Positions 53,448-63,930 of a DNA stretch of 64,000 nt are shown piece after piece. The position numbers and the translations under genes are program-made. Origin of the DNA: Lingula anatina (lineage: Eukaryota; Animalia; Brachiopoda); assembly GCA_051362555.1 (NCBI GenBank), contig CM120647.1, positions 18,266,651 through 18,330,650 of the forward strand, read 5' to 3'. How positions within the stretch are numbered: the first letter of the stretch is position 1; the number at the start of each line of letters is the position of its first letter. The notes under the pieces are model-generated. The model was not told the origin of the DNA, searched no databases, and saw only the letters and a list, made by a program, of their open reading frames with translations.

Positions 53448-54732
53448 CGTCAGAATGCAGATTTATGTCAACAGGGTCGAGCCGAATGGATACTTCGTTC
53501 AACTGAAATAGGCCTTAGTTTTGGTTAAAAAGAGTAATCAAAATACAGTGATTCTTTCATAGTGCGCCAGGCTGGCTGGTCGGCGTTCATAAAGTCGGAC
53601 GGGTGCCGATGTGAGATGGTGAACTATACAGCCCAGGACTTCATGTTCGTCGTTACGCCTGGAAACCCTATGGGTTAGTTATCTCGATCAACTTCTGAGA
53701 TGTTTTCGTGAGCTTTGCTGTTCTTATGGTTTGTTTTCAAAATTCCCGGTCCCGTGGAACCTTAAAACAAATTCAACTTTGGACAATTTTAGATGGTCCT
53801 TAATACCAATTGCAACAGAAATATACTCCTTTGAATATTAAACTCGATCTAAGCTGATTATTGTTGAGGTTCCCGCCCAACTAGGAAATTTTATGTATTC
53901 GCAACGACAAAGTATCGTGAAAACCATAATGTCTGACTTTACCCTCTACCAGTGCCACAGATTGATATTTCACTAGAAATTCACAGATAGTTCTTCAGTT
54001 ATATTATGGAACTCTTCTGCTCGTCAGAAAAAAGTGCACATAATTATCTGCAACCCTGGTAGAGGGTTGTCTGATTTAGGCTCTTAACAAAATGTGCGGA
54101 TGGAGCTATTTCTGTAAATTGCTGGCTGTTGTGTCCCCGTTCAGCGCATACTGCCAGTAATTTTTATATCTTTCTGAACTTAATTAATATTGTGCCGGAG
54201 CGGCTTTGAATCATGAATATACAGCATTTGGTAGTCTGTGCATGAAAGTTGAGGAAGCTGGATACTTGATTTATTCATTTTGCATGTCTATTTTCATGTC
54301 TTTTTTCCTCAATTTTTCAGGAATCAAAAAAAGATATGTTTACGCGTCGTCGTCAGCAGATTGTGCCAATAAATGTCTGGTGGATAGCGCATGCGCCGCC
54401 TCACAACACAACATAAACGAAAACGTAAGTTCTCAAAAGTAAAAAAAAATGTTGAAAGAGTTCATCGGATATGTACTGTCAGAGAAAGAACTGTCGAGGT
54501 CTGGTCATTTCCAGTCACTTAACCCAACCCCTTTGTAAATTATTATCCTCTCTCCTCCCCTCCCATGCACTGTACAGTACATAAATTTGTTTCATACACG
54601 CATGCTATATACTGATAACTATACAATTTTGCATTGTAGATTTGCGAACTCTTTGATCAGTTGCCACAGATTATCAGTTCCTGGTTCGACGTAATGATGT
54701 TCGTCAAAACCCTCGGTTGTTCTAACAATTAG
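41412..54732 (+). CDS. Putative type II transmembrane protein: Tyr/PxxP cytoplasmic tail, TM, Thr-rich mucin stalk, two PAN/apple domains (~374 aa; possible nonsense allele)
   Basis: Phase-compatible exons 41412-41442, 41840-41932, 46419-46610 (RRKRR + TM), 50689 (or 50722)-50835, 51409-51552 (TTEP repeats), 51801-52010 (CRRFC..C..C), 53563-53673, 54321-54424 (CANKC..C) and 54640-54732 (CELF..K..C*). The first two exons are less certain. In-frame TAA at 50697-50699 if the upstream acceptor is used. Confidence 0.72.
42640..43631. mobile_element. Foldback/MULE-like element with long imperfect TIRs
   Basis: CCGGTGTA(C/A)CATGAAAATCTGACTCCCC at both ends. Arms stay complementary inward (ATGGAGGACACATTGGCACTTTTT / AAAAAGTGCCAATGTATCCTCCAT). 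No clear TSD. Confidence 0.75.
43674..46289. mobile_element. Decayed two-gene DNA transposon (ISL2EU/Harbinger-like): SAP-SWIM-YqaJ relic (+) and DDE transposase relic (-)
   Basis: + strand 43780-43936 reads DVPRAKLP..EYTNVVLKR/WLAC..KRAALITR (SAP-like, frameshifted). 44579-44968 reads IDQGKWY* and YF..ILASM..YTVTV..LS..S..V..ARCHC (SWIM-like). An FCD..T motif lies at ~45210. The - strand gives RYYASGTF at ~45614-45637. Many stops; ends approximate. Confidence 0.5.
47208..48927 (+). mobile_element. 5'-truncated RTE-clade non-LTR retrotransposon (LINE)
   Basis: GC content jumps. Uninterrupted RT ORF, with a (GAT)n tail directly after the stop. Candidate short TSD ATACC (47203-47207 / 48928-48932). 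No APE endonuclease domain. Confidence 0.92.
47246..48916 (+). CDS. Reverse transcriptase ORF of RTE LINE (partial, 556 aa)
   Basis: Motifs KKGNL..CDNWRGITLLS, EQAGFR, FVDFKKAFDSV, GVRQGCILSP, FADD, FTYLGS, LLYGSECW, WLGHVLRM and GKRKRGRPKTTW. Confidence 0.93.
   Translation: MKDRNGNTLSTEREQAARWVQHFREVLNHPDPSEPANLTPTDGILDINTDPPTREEVRNAIIAMKNGKASGIDNIHAEMLKADVGMATNLLTDLFSTIWEKDMIPDDWTKGLIVKLPKKGNLHECDNWRGITLLSIPSKIFCRVLLKRIDRAIDSRLREEQAGFRKGRGCIDQIFALGNIIEQCLEWNTPLYINFVDFKKAFDSVHRETLWKILLSYGVPPKITTLISVFYNHFQCSVILDNTLTEWFPVDSGVRQGCILSPILFLVTIDWVMRKTTSDKPRGIQWTLLSQLEDLDFADDLALLSSKHSHLQEKTDRLSSFAAQAGLAISTTKTQVMCINNSTTAPITVSGKPLESVDDFTYLGSLISKDNGAQKDIRARLGKAQSSFARLRTIWKSEQYSLHSKVHLYNSNVKSVLLYGSECWRVTKSDMSRVESFHNRCLRRICRIFWPNKISNHDLYILTGSQSIVGQIKRRRFKWLGHVLRMDEDRVPKVALRWTPPGKRKRGRPKTTWRRTMMAELREGDLTWGQAQHVARDRAKWKEVTVALCPTRDEEQ
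49841..50006. mobile_element. hAT-like MITE with 5-bp TSD CCAAA
   Basis: TIR CAGGGGCGTAACCAG / CTGGTTACGCCCCTG; CCAAA on both flanks. Confidence 0.8.
50903..51124. mobile_element. Harbinger-like MITE family E
   Basis: TIR TTTACACTGGACGGCGTC(A/C)TTTCTGCGTCC; relatives at ~54860-54960 (internal part) and 63189-63412. Confidence 0.75.
52252..52470 (+). mobile_element. MITE family A, TTA TSD
   Basis: TTA at 52249-52251 and 52471-52473; body as in the other family A copies. Confidence 0.85.
52649..52895. mobile_element. Palindromic MITE family C, TAG TSD
   Basis: Same sequence as 2158-2402 with the centre in the opposite orientation; TAG at 52646-52648 and 52896-52898. Confidence 0.9.
52960..53296 (+). 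mobile_element. Kolobok/T2-type MITE (family D), full length, TTAA TSD
   Basis: Near-identical reverse complement of 40131-40468; TTAA at 52956-52959 and 53297-53300. Confidence 0.9.
53942..54066. mobile_element. Small MITE (TIR CCCTCTACCAG)
   Basis: CCCTCTACCAG / CTGGTAGAGGG; relative of the interrupted copy at 11435-12274. Confidence 0.7.
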
Positions 54733-55119
54733 GTGCTACTGTCACCCACTACGTCTCTTCCCACATAGAATCCAACTGGACTGGAAACGCGCGCGGTGTC
54801 CCTCCTTTGAACAAAGCGCGTTACAGACAAGCATAGCCCATAGTTCTTTGCAATGGGCTGCGTCCTTTGTGCGACTATGAAACTGGTATCGCTGTGGTCG
54901 TAGAAAGGAGGCACAAGCATCGCTCTGGTTGTAGACTGAATGCTCAATGACCGGCACTATAGCATTTTCAATGGGACAGTTTCAAATGTTCCGCACCGTG
55001 GTCACAGTAGAGAGGATGACGAAAGCAATATATATATAACTATAGTTTCATTTTTAAAAGGATAGATAAGAAGTGGGGCTAATTGGGTCTTTTATATATT
55101 TATTTATATAAAGATACTA

Positions 55120-55283
55120 CAGGTCCGTAGCCAGCAATTTCAGAGGGGGGGGGGGGGTCGTTTTCTGAAAAAGTGGACCTTTTACCATAAAATCCTCAAG
55201 TACATAGGTCAAATTTTACCCAAGAGTGGACCTTTTCCCAGCAAAAAGGGTGGTTCTTTCGAACCCCCCTGGCTACGGGCCTG
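55120..55283. mobile_element. hAT-like MITE with 5-bp TSD TACTA
   Basis: CAGGTCCGTAGCCAG / CTGGCTACGGGCCTG; TACTA at 55115-55119 and 55284-55288. Confidence 0.8.
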
Positions 55284-56395
55284 TACTACCACTTATCAAA
55301 AATATGGTTGTGACCAAATGATTGGTGTTTCAGCGTATAGCAGCAAGTATCGAAGGCGCTCAATATGAAATAAATAAACTACTACTTTCTTCTATAGCGT
55401 TAGTTTTTGCATTAACACTGAGTAACTGCGACATTCAGAGTATACTGAATAGAAAATCTTTAAATATTTAAATTTTAAAAGAATGATGTCATAACTACAA
55501 TGTATGAGATCGACCTTACTCTGCAAGTAAATATATATAAATGTATAATAATTAAAAAATCCTGAAAATTTCAATCATTTTTCCTTTATCATGGTATACC
55601 ACACACAAAACCATTTGCAAATTTGTGACCTAAAGACACGAAAGCTTGAAGTTGCTTAATTTTGTGCCACGCTTGTAATTGGTTCAGAAACCAGTGTTTT
55701 CCACCCTGGACTCGGTTGACCGTAAAAATTAGAATTTCGTAGTTCGAAACCTGGTTTATAGTTCAATATTTTATCAATGGTTTTGCTTAGGAAATACCCT
55801 GGTAAAATTTATTCCATTTTCATATATTTTTTAATTGGTAAAATATGCAATATTAAGATGCTCCACAGGCCCCCTTAATATACCATAACATAAAGGGCTA
55901 AAATGCCTAATGAACAGCATTGGCATGTTCATGTTTTTCTTCTTAGCATCCTTAAATTCCAACAACACATACTAGTGGATAAATTTACACCAGTCCAGGG
56001 ACCCATTTCACTTAATGTAAAAAAAGCATATTTCGGTCTGAGCACAGATTACTGTTACAGTAGTTCCTGACTTGGTAATGTTTCGAAAATAAAAAAAGTA
56101 AAAAAAGGTTGTTTTTTTTTAGTATTTTCACTGCGCAATTTGAGAATAAACTGATTATTTTGACAATATTTCATGATCTTAGTGACGACAAAAGACCTCT
56201 GGCACAATGTTTTAAATAAAGCAACTTTTAAGATTCCCTCATGATGCAACTGAGCCACCTAAAATCTTCTGTATTCTCCTCAAAGAGCAATTGGTGAAAT
56301 AAGATCTCATTTAAAACAAGGAGCCCTCAGCCATGACCCAATTACAGATCATTGTGTTTCAAGCATTATCATAATTCCTTCCAAGTTAAATGGTC

Positions 56396-57248
56396 TCAGT
56401 TCCAGTCATTGTCATCATCACTGTTCGTATCATTAATTGTGCTTTGTTTTATAGCAATGTTCATGACGTCCTTGACCTCTGGTTTGGGAGGGGCCTCCAA
56501 CTCCGTCTCAAGGACTCCTGCCTTGGCTAACATCCACTCCAACTCTGCAATAAAAATATTTTTATTTATATAGCCACCTTTAAAAGACAAATGAATAAAA
56601 AACAAATAAAATATATGAGTTAAAATAAGATAGAATAAAATGAAATACATAAAAATTACACAGAGCATATAGAAGACAGTTAAAAAGATTTTAAAAGTAG
56701 TCCCACAAGCATGTATTTCTTAGATTGTCTGTCCTGATAACTGGGACTATTGACCAAAAAAGTCAATGTGTCAGCTCAATATAAGCTCAGTATATTACAT
56801 TTATAAGTACATGTGCTGGCATAGCTTTATACATTGAAGAGAAGTATGGACTAATGTATTGACAGAATATACAGTGCATACAATCCAATGTTCTCTTTTG
56901 TACCAATCAGTACATTTATATTCATTTACTTATTAATTACAACAGCTGTTACAGCAATTATAATTTGTCTTTGATTCTGGAGCAGCTGTGCCATGCACAT
57001 TTCATTAAAAGAAACGTGTCTTCATTGGGCAGTCTGTGTCAACAAGAACAGATGTAGAAGAAAATTCATTCTGATAAAATAGAACTGTTTTAAAGATACT
57101 TTGCATGTGGCATAAATACATTAAACTTAGATTTTTGTATGTATGTGTATACTAGTGTGTGTTTAGTAAATTTTACTTAAATTTTTTTATAATGTTAAAT
57201 TTCTCAAACTCTTTGCTTATTTTGTGCCTCTTGATTTAGAAGTTTACA

Positions 57249-57284
<36 letters not shown>

Positions 57285-58878
57285 AAGCGCACGCACGTGT
57301 TCAGAAAATAAATTTACGTACCATCACATTTGAAATTCATGCCCCCAAAATTTAAAGGGCCAACCCACTGTTTCTTCAGGTCTCCTTCGAAGTACAGAAA
57401 TATAGTCGGCAGATTCTTGTCCGGATAGTTTGGAATACACAACGAGGATATGCTTTTCAGGAATTTCACTTGTGGGTTTTTCCTTGCCAGTAGAGACAGA
57501 TGCTGATTTAGAAGTTTACACAGTGGTATTCTGAAATAAAAGAATGAGTTAATTTGAATTTTATGTAAATTATCTTTAATTTTATATACAGTCACCAATC
57601 CTGAGATTTATTTACAACAGTTTTGTTCTATTTTTATTGAATAATTAATTAATTTTTTTTGCACATACTTGCAATTTATCTAGGCATGATTCATTCATTT
57701 TTTTCAAAAGTACTGTATTTTTGGAAATAAAAGACATTAGTTTAATTCAACATTGTAAAGTGATTTGCCTTTCTGTTCTAAAGCATGTTACAGGAGCATA
57801 AAGCTCCAAGTCCAGAAATTCTTTTAAAAACAAAAATTCAAAAGTTGTCCTGTCTAGGCAAAAGAAAAAAACTTAAAAGATTAATTTAATAATATATTTT
57901 TTCTTTTTTTGTGGATTATGAGATTACAGCAATTTTTCTTGCAAATACTCACGAGTCTTTGTAAATATGGAGAACCACCCACACCCCATCTCCAGCTTTA
58001 TTAACTTCATCAACATAATCCGCCTTTGTGATTTCTCGGACTTCTCCATATTTGGCTTTCATCTGTGCTGCCCTCATTTCTGCCATTCTTTGTTTTCTAT
58101 ACTGCTCAAATATCCTCTCTTCTTCCTCATCTATCTCGTCCTCTATGTCATCAAGTTCATCTAGGGTCATTTTGTCCATGGACTTACCTATTAACATCAA
58201 ATTAACAGTAAATATAAAAGAATCAAAGTAGAGAGCTCATAATCAGTTGCTGGTGCAGGATTTTAATTTTTTTTTTTTTGATATGGGTGGCATATAGATA
58301 TAAATTTCTTCCATTCCCTCAATAATTAAAAATACAGACAAGGACAATTCTAGAGCATGGGAAATCCCCAAAATTTATTTTGCTTTTCTTTTTTTTCTTT
58401 TTTTTTTTTTTTTTTTTGAGGCCTTAAATAGACTAAAGCCAGGGGGTGGGGGGACTAAGACTAAGGCCAGGGGGTGGGGGCGTCACTGTAGACTCTTTAT
58501 TAAACAATAAACTATTAGTTTAGCTGCTGTCTTAATAAACCACATGCATTATTGTACCTCTGAATGTAAATGCCATAACTCTGCTAAAACTTAATTTAAC
58601 TGAGAGCTGGCAATTCATTTCAGACTAATGTGAATCCAAGATCAAGGCACTAGTAACATACCCTCAGATTTTTCCTGTATTGCACTTTCTACCATGTTAA
58701 CAATGTCCTCCTCTGTCATCTCCGTCTCCTGTGGCTTGGGGGGGATAATGCCCTTCGCACGGAGGACATCATTCCATTCTGTGTCTTCATTTGGATCCTA
58801 AAATAATATCAAGATATAAATAAATTAATACCGGCCTCAGGCTCTATGAATATTTTCCTGAATATGTCGGTCTAGTAA

Positions 58879-58951
<73 letters not shown>

Positions 58952-59490
58952 GGGGGGGGCGGGGGGAGGCACTAACAAACTTCCCAGATTATTAATTCAT
59001 TGTACAGGATTACCATTCTGCAAATATGCATTAGGCTATGGTCCTTCACATTTGCCCTGGTGCATTGCCAGTGTGAGACCTTACAGTGAGGCAAAGGGAA
59101 TTTACATGTTAACCCCCTTCCAAATTCCATATTACTCTCTCATGGACATGGATAATGAAGTCATGTACGTGTAAACGGTATTTTATTAAACCATATAATT
59201 TATTAGCTAAAATGAACATATATCTGCTTCAACAAGATGAAGGAAAATATTTTTAATAATAATAATAATACAGGAAACAGAAAGTCTTCTCATGTTATAG
59301 TACCCCCGACGTCGTGTTCGGTGTTTCCCTGTGGTCCAATATGCCCATATAAGGAAGTAAAGGTGGGGATTCCCTACCCCACTTGGCGAAACCTAAAAAC
59401 TCTTGTTGATTAAATGAAACCTTAGTTCTACCATGTTAAAACAAATGGATCACACATCAGCTATTATTTTGGAATATAACATACCTGCAT
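56396..59490 (-). CDS. PDCL3: Phosducin-like protein 3 (PhLP2A / VIAF), 5 exons, 244 aa
   Basis: Exons 59490-59485 (MQ), 58797-58662 ([21 protein letters not shown]), 58187-57953 ([32 protein letters not shown]), 57530-57322 ([18 protein letters not shown]) and 56544-56396 ([17 protein letters not shown]). Phases consistent. Confidence 0.96.
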
Positions 59491-59622
59491 TTTGACTAGA
59501 TCTTTCTCAACTTGGTACAACTTTTGAGTTTTTCCACAAGTAAGATACTTGAGTACTTCAGTGATTCACGCTTTACTTCCGCTCATGCGTAGACGGCACT
59601 TCCTCTGACGTAAGCACTGAAA
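59336..59622. promoter_or_regulatory. Bidirectional PDCL3 / PHF20(L1) promoter region with CCAAT, CArG, ETS, kB and CRE-like motifs
   Basis: Start codons 132 bp apart (59490 -, 59623 +). ACTTCC twice and TGACGT between them. CCAAT 59336, CCATATAAGG 59345-59354, GGAAGT 59353-59358, GGGGATTCCC 59365-59374. Confidence 0.7.
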
Positions 59623-62600
59623 ATGGCTTCCAAGGAGCAGGTGCGTGCAAACTGTTTATGTTGCTTATATCAGCGTTTTTTTGTCTTACACGGCTATATA
59701 AGGTGCCGGTTACAAAGTGCGTTTAGTGCATATACCTTTTGTGTTTTATCCATGCTGAAATGCATGCTTAATTTCAAATCAGATTTTAATTCTCAGGTAT
59801 TGTTTTTTGATCACTGACTAGGCCTAGGGTACTGCAATATTTGCAGATTACAAATATTTGATGTAATTATGCAGTGATGACTAATGCAATGACATGTTAC
59901 CAACTGTTTCTGTCCTTATTATAAATGACTGTCAGCCGTGACTCACGTCGTATTTTTATACGTTAATTTTGCGCATACCTACATTCTAATACTATATTGT
60001 CATCTAAATTTGGCAGATGTTTATTCTCGTGTCAAGACGTTTGATTACTGTTGGCTGTCACCATCATCTATGGTAGTTGATAAGTCTAAAGAAAAAAAAA
60101 ACGTGAAACCAAACAATGGCTTTGTATTTTAAACGAATTTTAAGAAATCACCATATACATGTACATTGGTGTTTATGCCATAGCTAATGTTGTTTTTGAT
60201 TTAAGATGACAACTTGTGAAATACCAGCAACCCCCCTCCCTCTCCAGCTCTGACATGATAAAAATCCAAAATGAAATAGAAACTGTGAAAATGAAATTTT
60301 GGTGTAAGTGAGCTTTTTGAAATAAATGAATAAAGCCAGACATAACTGATAAGTTGGTTAGAGGTTTAAAATAATTGGAAGTGAGACTTAAAATGAATTA
60401 TTTTTATAATAATTATTATTCCTATTATTATTAAACCCCCAGGACACTTCCAGTGAAGGAATAAAGGCAGGAGACATGCCAAACCCTTCAGAAAGATCCT
60501 CGAGGAAGCGCACATCCTCAACATCCTCGCGGAAATCCTCCATCACCACGCCGCCATCTTCACGACGTAATTCACTGTCAACACCAAAGTCACCCGGCAG
60601 CAGAAAGTCAACACCCACACCTAGCAAATCTGGTAAATATTTGTTAATCCTGACATTGATATCTAAATAGTGTGTACCGCTTTTTAAATAAAACAGGATC
60701 ATTTCTCCATCTTTTCTTCCTTTCATTGATAAAAGTCTTCTGGATTTATCTGGATATCCAAGACTCCCTATGTCTACGTGTGCATCAGTACTTCATTTTC
60801 AGGTAATTTTTAAAGGTCCACTTTGATCTTTGGTTTTATAATTGCAGACTTTTCCCTTATTTCAGGTGGTACCCCTGACTCCAACAAAAAGCCTCCAAAC
60901 AGAGCCGGGATAACATGGAAACCTGGAGAGAAACTAGAGGCCAAAGATTTCCTGCAGAAGTGGTGAGTTTGACATTTTAAAATATTTAAGAGCAGGTGTC
61001 AGAAAAATGTGATATTGTATATCAGTCTCTCTTGACTAGATTCTGTCAGAAGTATCATTAAAAAAAAAAACAGCCTCAGTGAGTTTATGCAATTTTCTTT
61101 TGACACTCTTTTGTCCCACACTTTGAGGTATTTTTAAGAGAAAGCACATTACTGTTCCTTTTTTTTTCTTTATATTGACATCTTTGAGAAATGATTTTAA
61201 TATTGACGTGTGATACTCATCAGGCATGAGATTTTTCCGTCTTTTGGCGGAATTCCGACTTTTTTCCTTCAAAAATGTCATTTTTTATATCATTGCAAAT
61301 CCGTTGAGAAAATTTCAGGGGGGGGGGGTAGGGGTACCCTTCCCTTCCCCGGCGAGACCCTTCACTCATCGGCACTCGCATGTTTTCAATTTTGACCTTG
61401 CCGAAAAACGTTACCAACCGTACATATATATCGATTCTGGGACGCACTGTTATCAAGGGGGAAACTTTTGCGACATCTATACGACATTTATACAGTCATT
61501 GAATGCAATTACCGTAAAACGGCCTGTATCCTGTTCATATAGCGCTGCGCGGTTTTTTCCATGTGGTATCGTGTGTCGCTTTTGCGTTTTGGAAAATGAA
61601 GCTACTTGAGGCCGGTGTAAACGACGATAGAGTCAGAGAAATCGATAAAGGGATTAAAGTCATAATAACTCTTCGTTTTGGCCAAAAATTGGATTTTCCT
61701 GGAAAAAACGGCAATTTTCCCGTACTTACCAATGGCCAACGACCCCATTCCTGCATTCAAAGTTAATCCAGGGTTTTTTTCCTAAACGTACGGTTTTTTG
61801 TTAAAATCTCTTAAGAGATTTTAACTGACGGAGCTCTCTCTGACATTGCAAAGTCACTGGTGACCTACTTAAAACCGCGGGAAAAGCAGACAACAACAAC
61901 ACTATATAAGATTCATGAGATATATTCGTCTTTTTGTTAAAAATGCATTTATATCCACAATGTGTGCCATTCTGGGCTTTTCGTTATCCGACGCACTGTA
62001 CAAAAACTCGCAACTTACGTCTGCGTCTGCACTAATGCGTTTGGCGCCATGTTATTTTGGTCTCGAATGAACGCGAGAATCCGCGTGACACCATTACGTC
62101 ATTAGCAACGAATGCACTTGTCGACCGGAAAAAAGGCATCGTAAGCCCTATTGACAAGCACAGATTTTAGTTTTCCTACAATAACGGCCGTTTTAGTGGT
62201 AAAATACAATAGAATATATTTCCATGCGTTTTTTACAATGTATTTCATGCGGATTTTTGAATCTCAAAGGAAGAGTTATTATTGCTTTAAGAATAAATTC
62301 AGATAGGTTGTTTTACTAGATCGGTTGTGTGTATGTCGTATGAAGACATTGAACTTGCATTTGAAAATTTTCATGTTTTGAGTTGTCGACTTGTCGCTCG
62401 TTTAAAATTGTGCCCAACTGTTGAATCACTAAATCTACTGATCGTCTGATGTGATGACGGTGTTGTCACTAGTAATAGTATAAACGATAGTTGTACTAGA
62501 TCTATGACATGGTTTAAACGTACATCAACAGAATTAAATGCTGAATTAGAGATCAGTAACGTTCTCACTCAGTCACTGGTGTGTGTGTGTGTGTGTCACT

Positions 62601-63760
62601 GAGTGTGTGTGTGTGTGTGTGTGTGTTACTGTATTATAGTGTATACTGTCAATCAAACTATTCCTACATGTATAGGCCTAGCCTACGTGTGCGTTAAGAT
62701 TTTTCTTCGAAAAATCTTTCAGACTTTTTTATCAAAATCAAATCTCATGCCTGATTATGAGGTTCATGACGTTGTTATTGATGTGTATGATAAATGCTCA
62801 TAATAATAACTCTTCTTATTAAAAAAAAAAATAATAATAATAATCTCAGGTACCCAGCCAAGATTGTAGAAATAGACCAGAAAGAGGAAGAGGTACTAAT
62901 TCATTTTGAAGGATGGAATTCACGGTTCGATGAGTGGCTGGAGATGACCAGCGAGAGACTTCGACCAATCACAAGGCACTCAGAGCGCAAGGACAAACCA
63001 GTTCAGAAGGTTAAGAAGGCGGTAAGTTTGGAAGGAACGTAACACAGATGGCATCTATAATTTTTTTGCACACAGGGCTGTCTGTCTTTTAGGGTCATTC
63101 CACAAAAAAAGCAACCATTTAAATAACATACATAATGCACACATTTTGTGTAATTTTTGATAATCATTTAATTTATATCACTTGTTAAAGCCCCCTTTAC
63201 ACTGGACGGTGTCCTTTCTATGTCCTGTGGTACGGCTTTGTTTGAGAGTAAAAAAAATATATATATATTACGTACTGACAACTGGCTGAACATTGAGCAT
63301 TCATTTCTGCAACCCAAGCAATGCTTGTGCCTTCTTTCAAACAACCACAGCGATAAACTTTCTTGGTCGCACAAATGACCCAGAAAGGACGCTGTCCAGT
63401 GTAAAGGAGGCTTAAGTAGAATAAAATGGCATATCACAATTGGGCAAATTTTGATCAAAATGTGCCCCTTATTGTCCTCATTTGTCACAGCGCAGTGCAC
63501 AATTTACAAATCAAAGCTTCAAATTCTAAAAAAAAAAAAAATTTTAACCAAAGATGTTTTTTACATCTGATTTATTGTATTAACAGAAATACAAAATCAG
63601 CGATGTGGTGTTAGCCAAGTGGTCGGACTGCCGTATGTATCCTGCCAAGGTGACTGACGTCCTTCATGACAACATGTACGAAGTCATGTACTACGATGGT
63701 ATACGGAAAGTGATCCAAAATATCAACATCAGGCCTTTGCCTCCTGAAATGCAAGATCAG
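59623..63760 (+). CDS. PHF20L1: PHD finger protein 20 / 20-like 1 homologue (tandem Tudor N-terminus), 5' part; continues beyond window
   Basis: Exons 59623-59640, 60443-60632, 60866-60962 ([26 protein letters not shown]), 62850-63021 ([28 protein letters not shown]) and 63587-63760 ([19 protein letters not shown]). Phases consistent. PHF20 and PHF20L1 cannot be told apart from this part. Confidence 0.88.
61221..62753. mobile_element. DNA transposon remnant with 14-bp TIR CAGGCATGAGATTT in a PHF20L1 intron
   Basis: CAGGCATGAGATTT / AAATCTCATGCCTG; no long TSD visible; hosts a Kolobok-type insertion. Confidence 0.6.
61658..62286 (-). mobile_element. Long (629-bp) variant of Kolobok/T2 family D, TTAA TSD
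   Basis: TTAA|AGTCATAATAACTCTTC ... GAAGAGTTATTATTGCT|TTAA; both arms match family D, with ~300 bp of extra interior. Confidence 0.8.
63189..63412. mobile_element. Harbinger-like MITE family E, TAA TSD
   Basis: TAA|AGCCCCCTTTACACTGGAC ... GTCCAGTGTAAAGGAGGCT|TAA. Confidence 0.78.
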
Positions 63761-63808
63761 GTGAGTTGTGGAAGATGGGACATGTTGATCAATGAGTATC
63801 AAGTTTGT

Positions 63809-63930
63809 TGTGACACTAGAAGCAATTTAGATTGTGTTGGATGTGACACCAGAAGCAATTGAGATTGTGTTGGATGTGACACCAGAAGCAATTGAGATTT
63901 GTTGGTGTGAATTGAAGCAATTTAGATGTT
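63809..63930. repeat. 33-bp minisatellite (~3.5 units)
   Basis: TGTGACACCAGAAGCAATTGAGATTGTGTTGGA repeated. Confidence 0.85.

Noticed and set aside
58881-58970. (GT)n + long poly-G run / Gly-rich ORF
   Set aside because: Simple-sequence tract in a PDCL3 intron; homopolymer length is unreliable and it is not coding.
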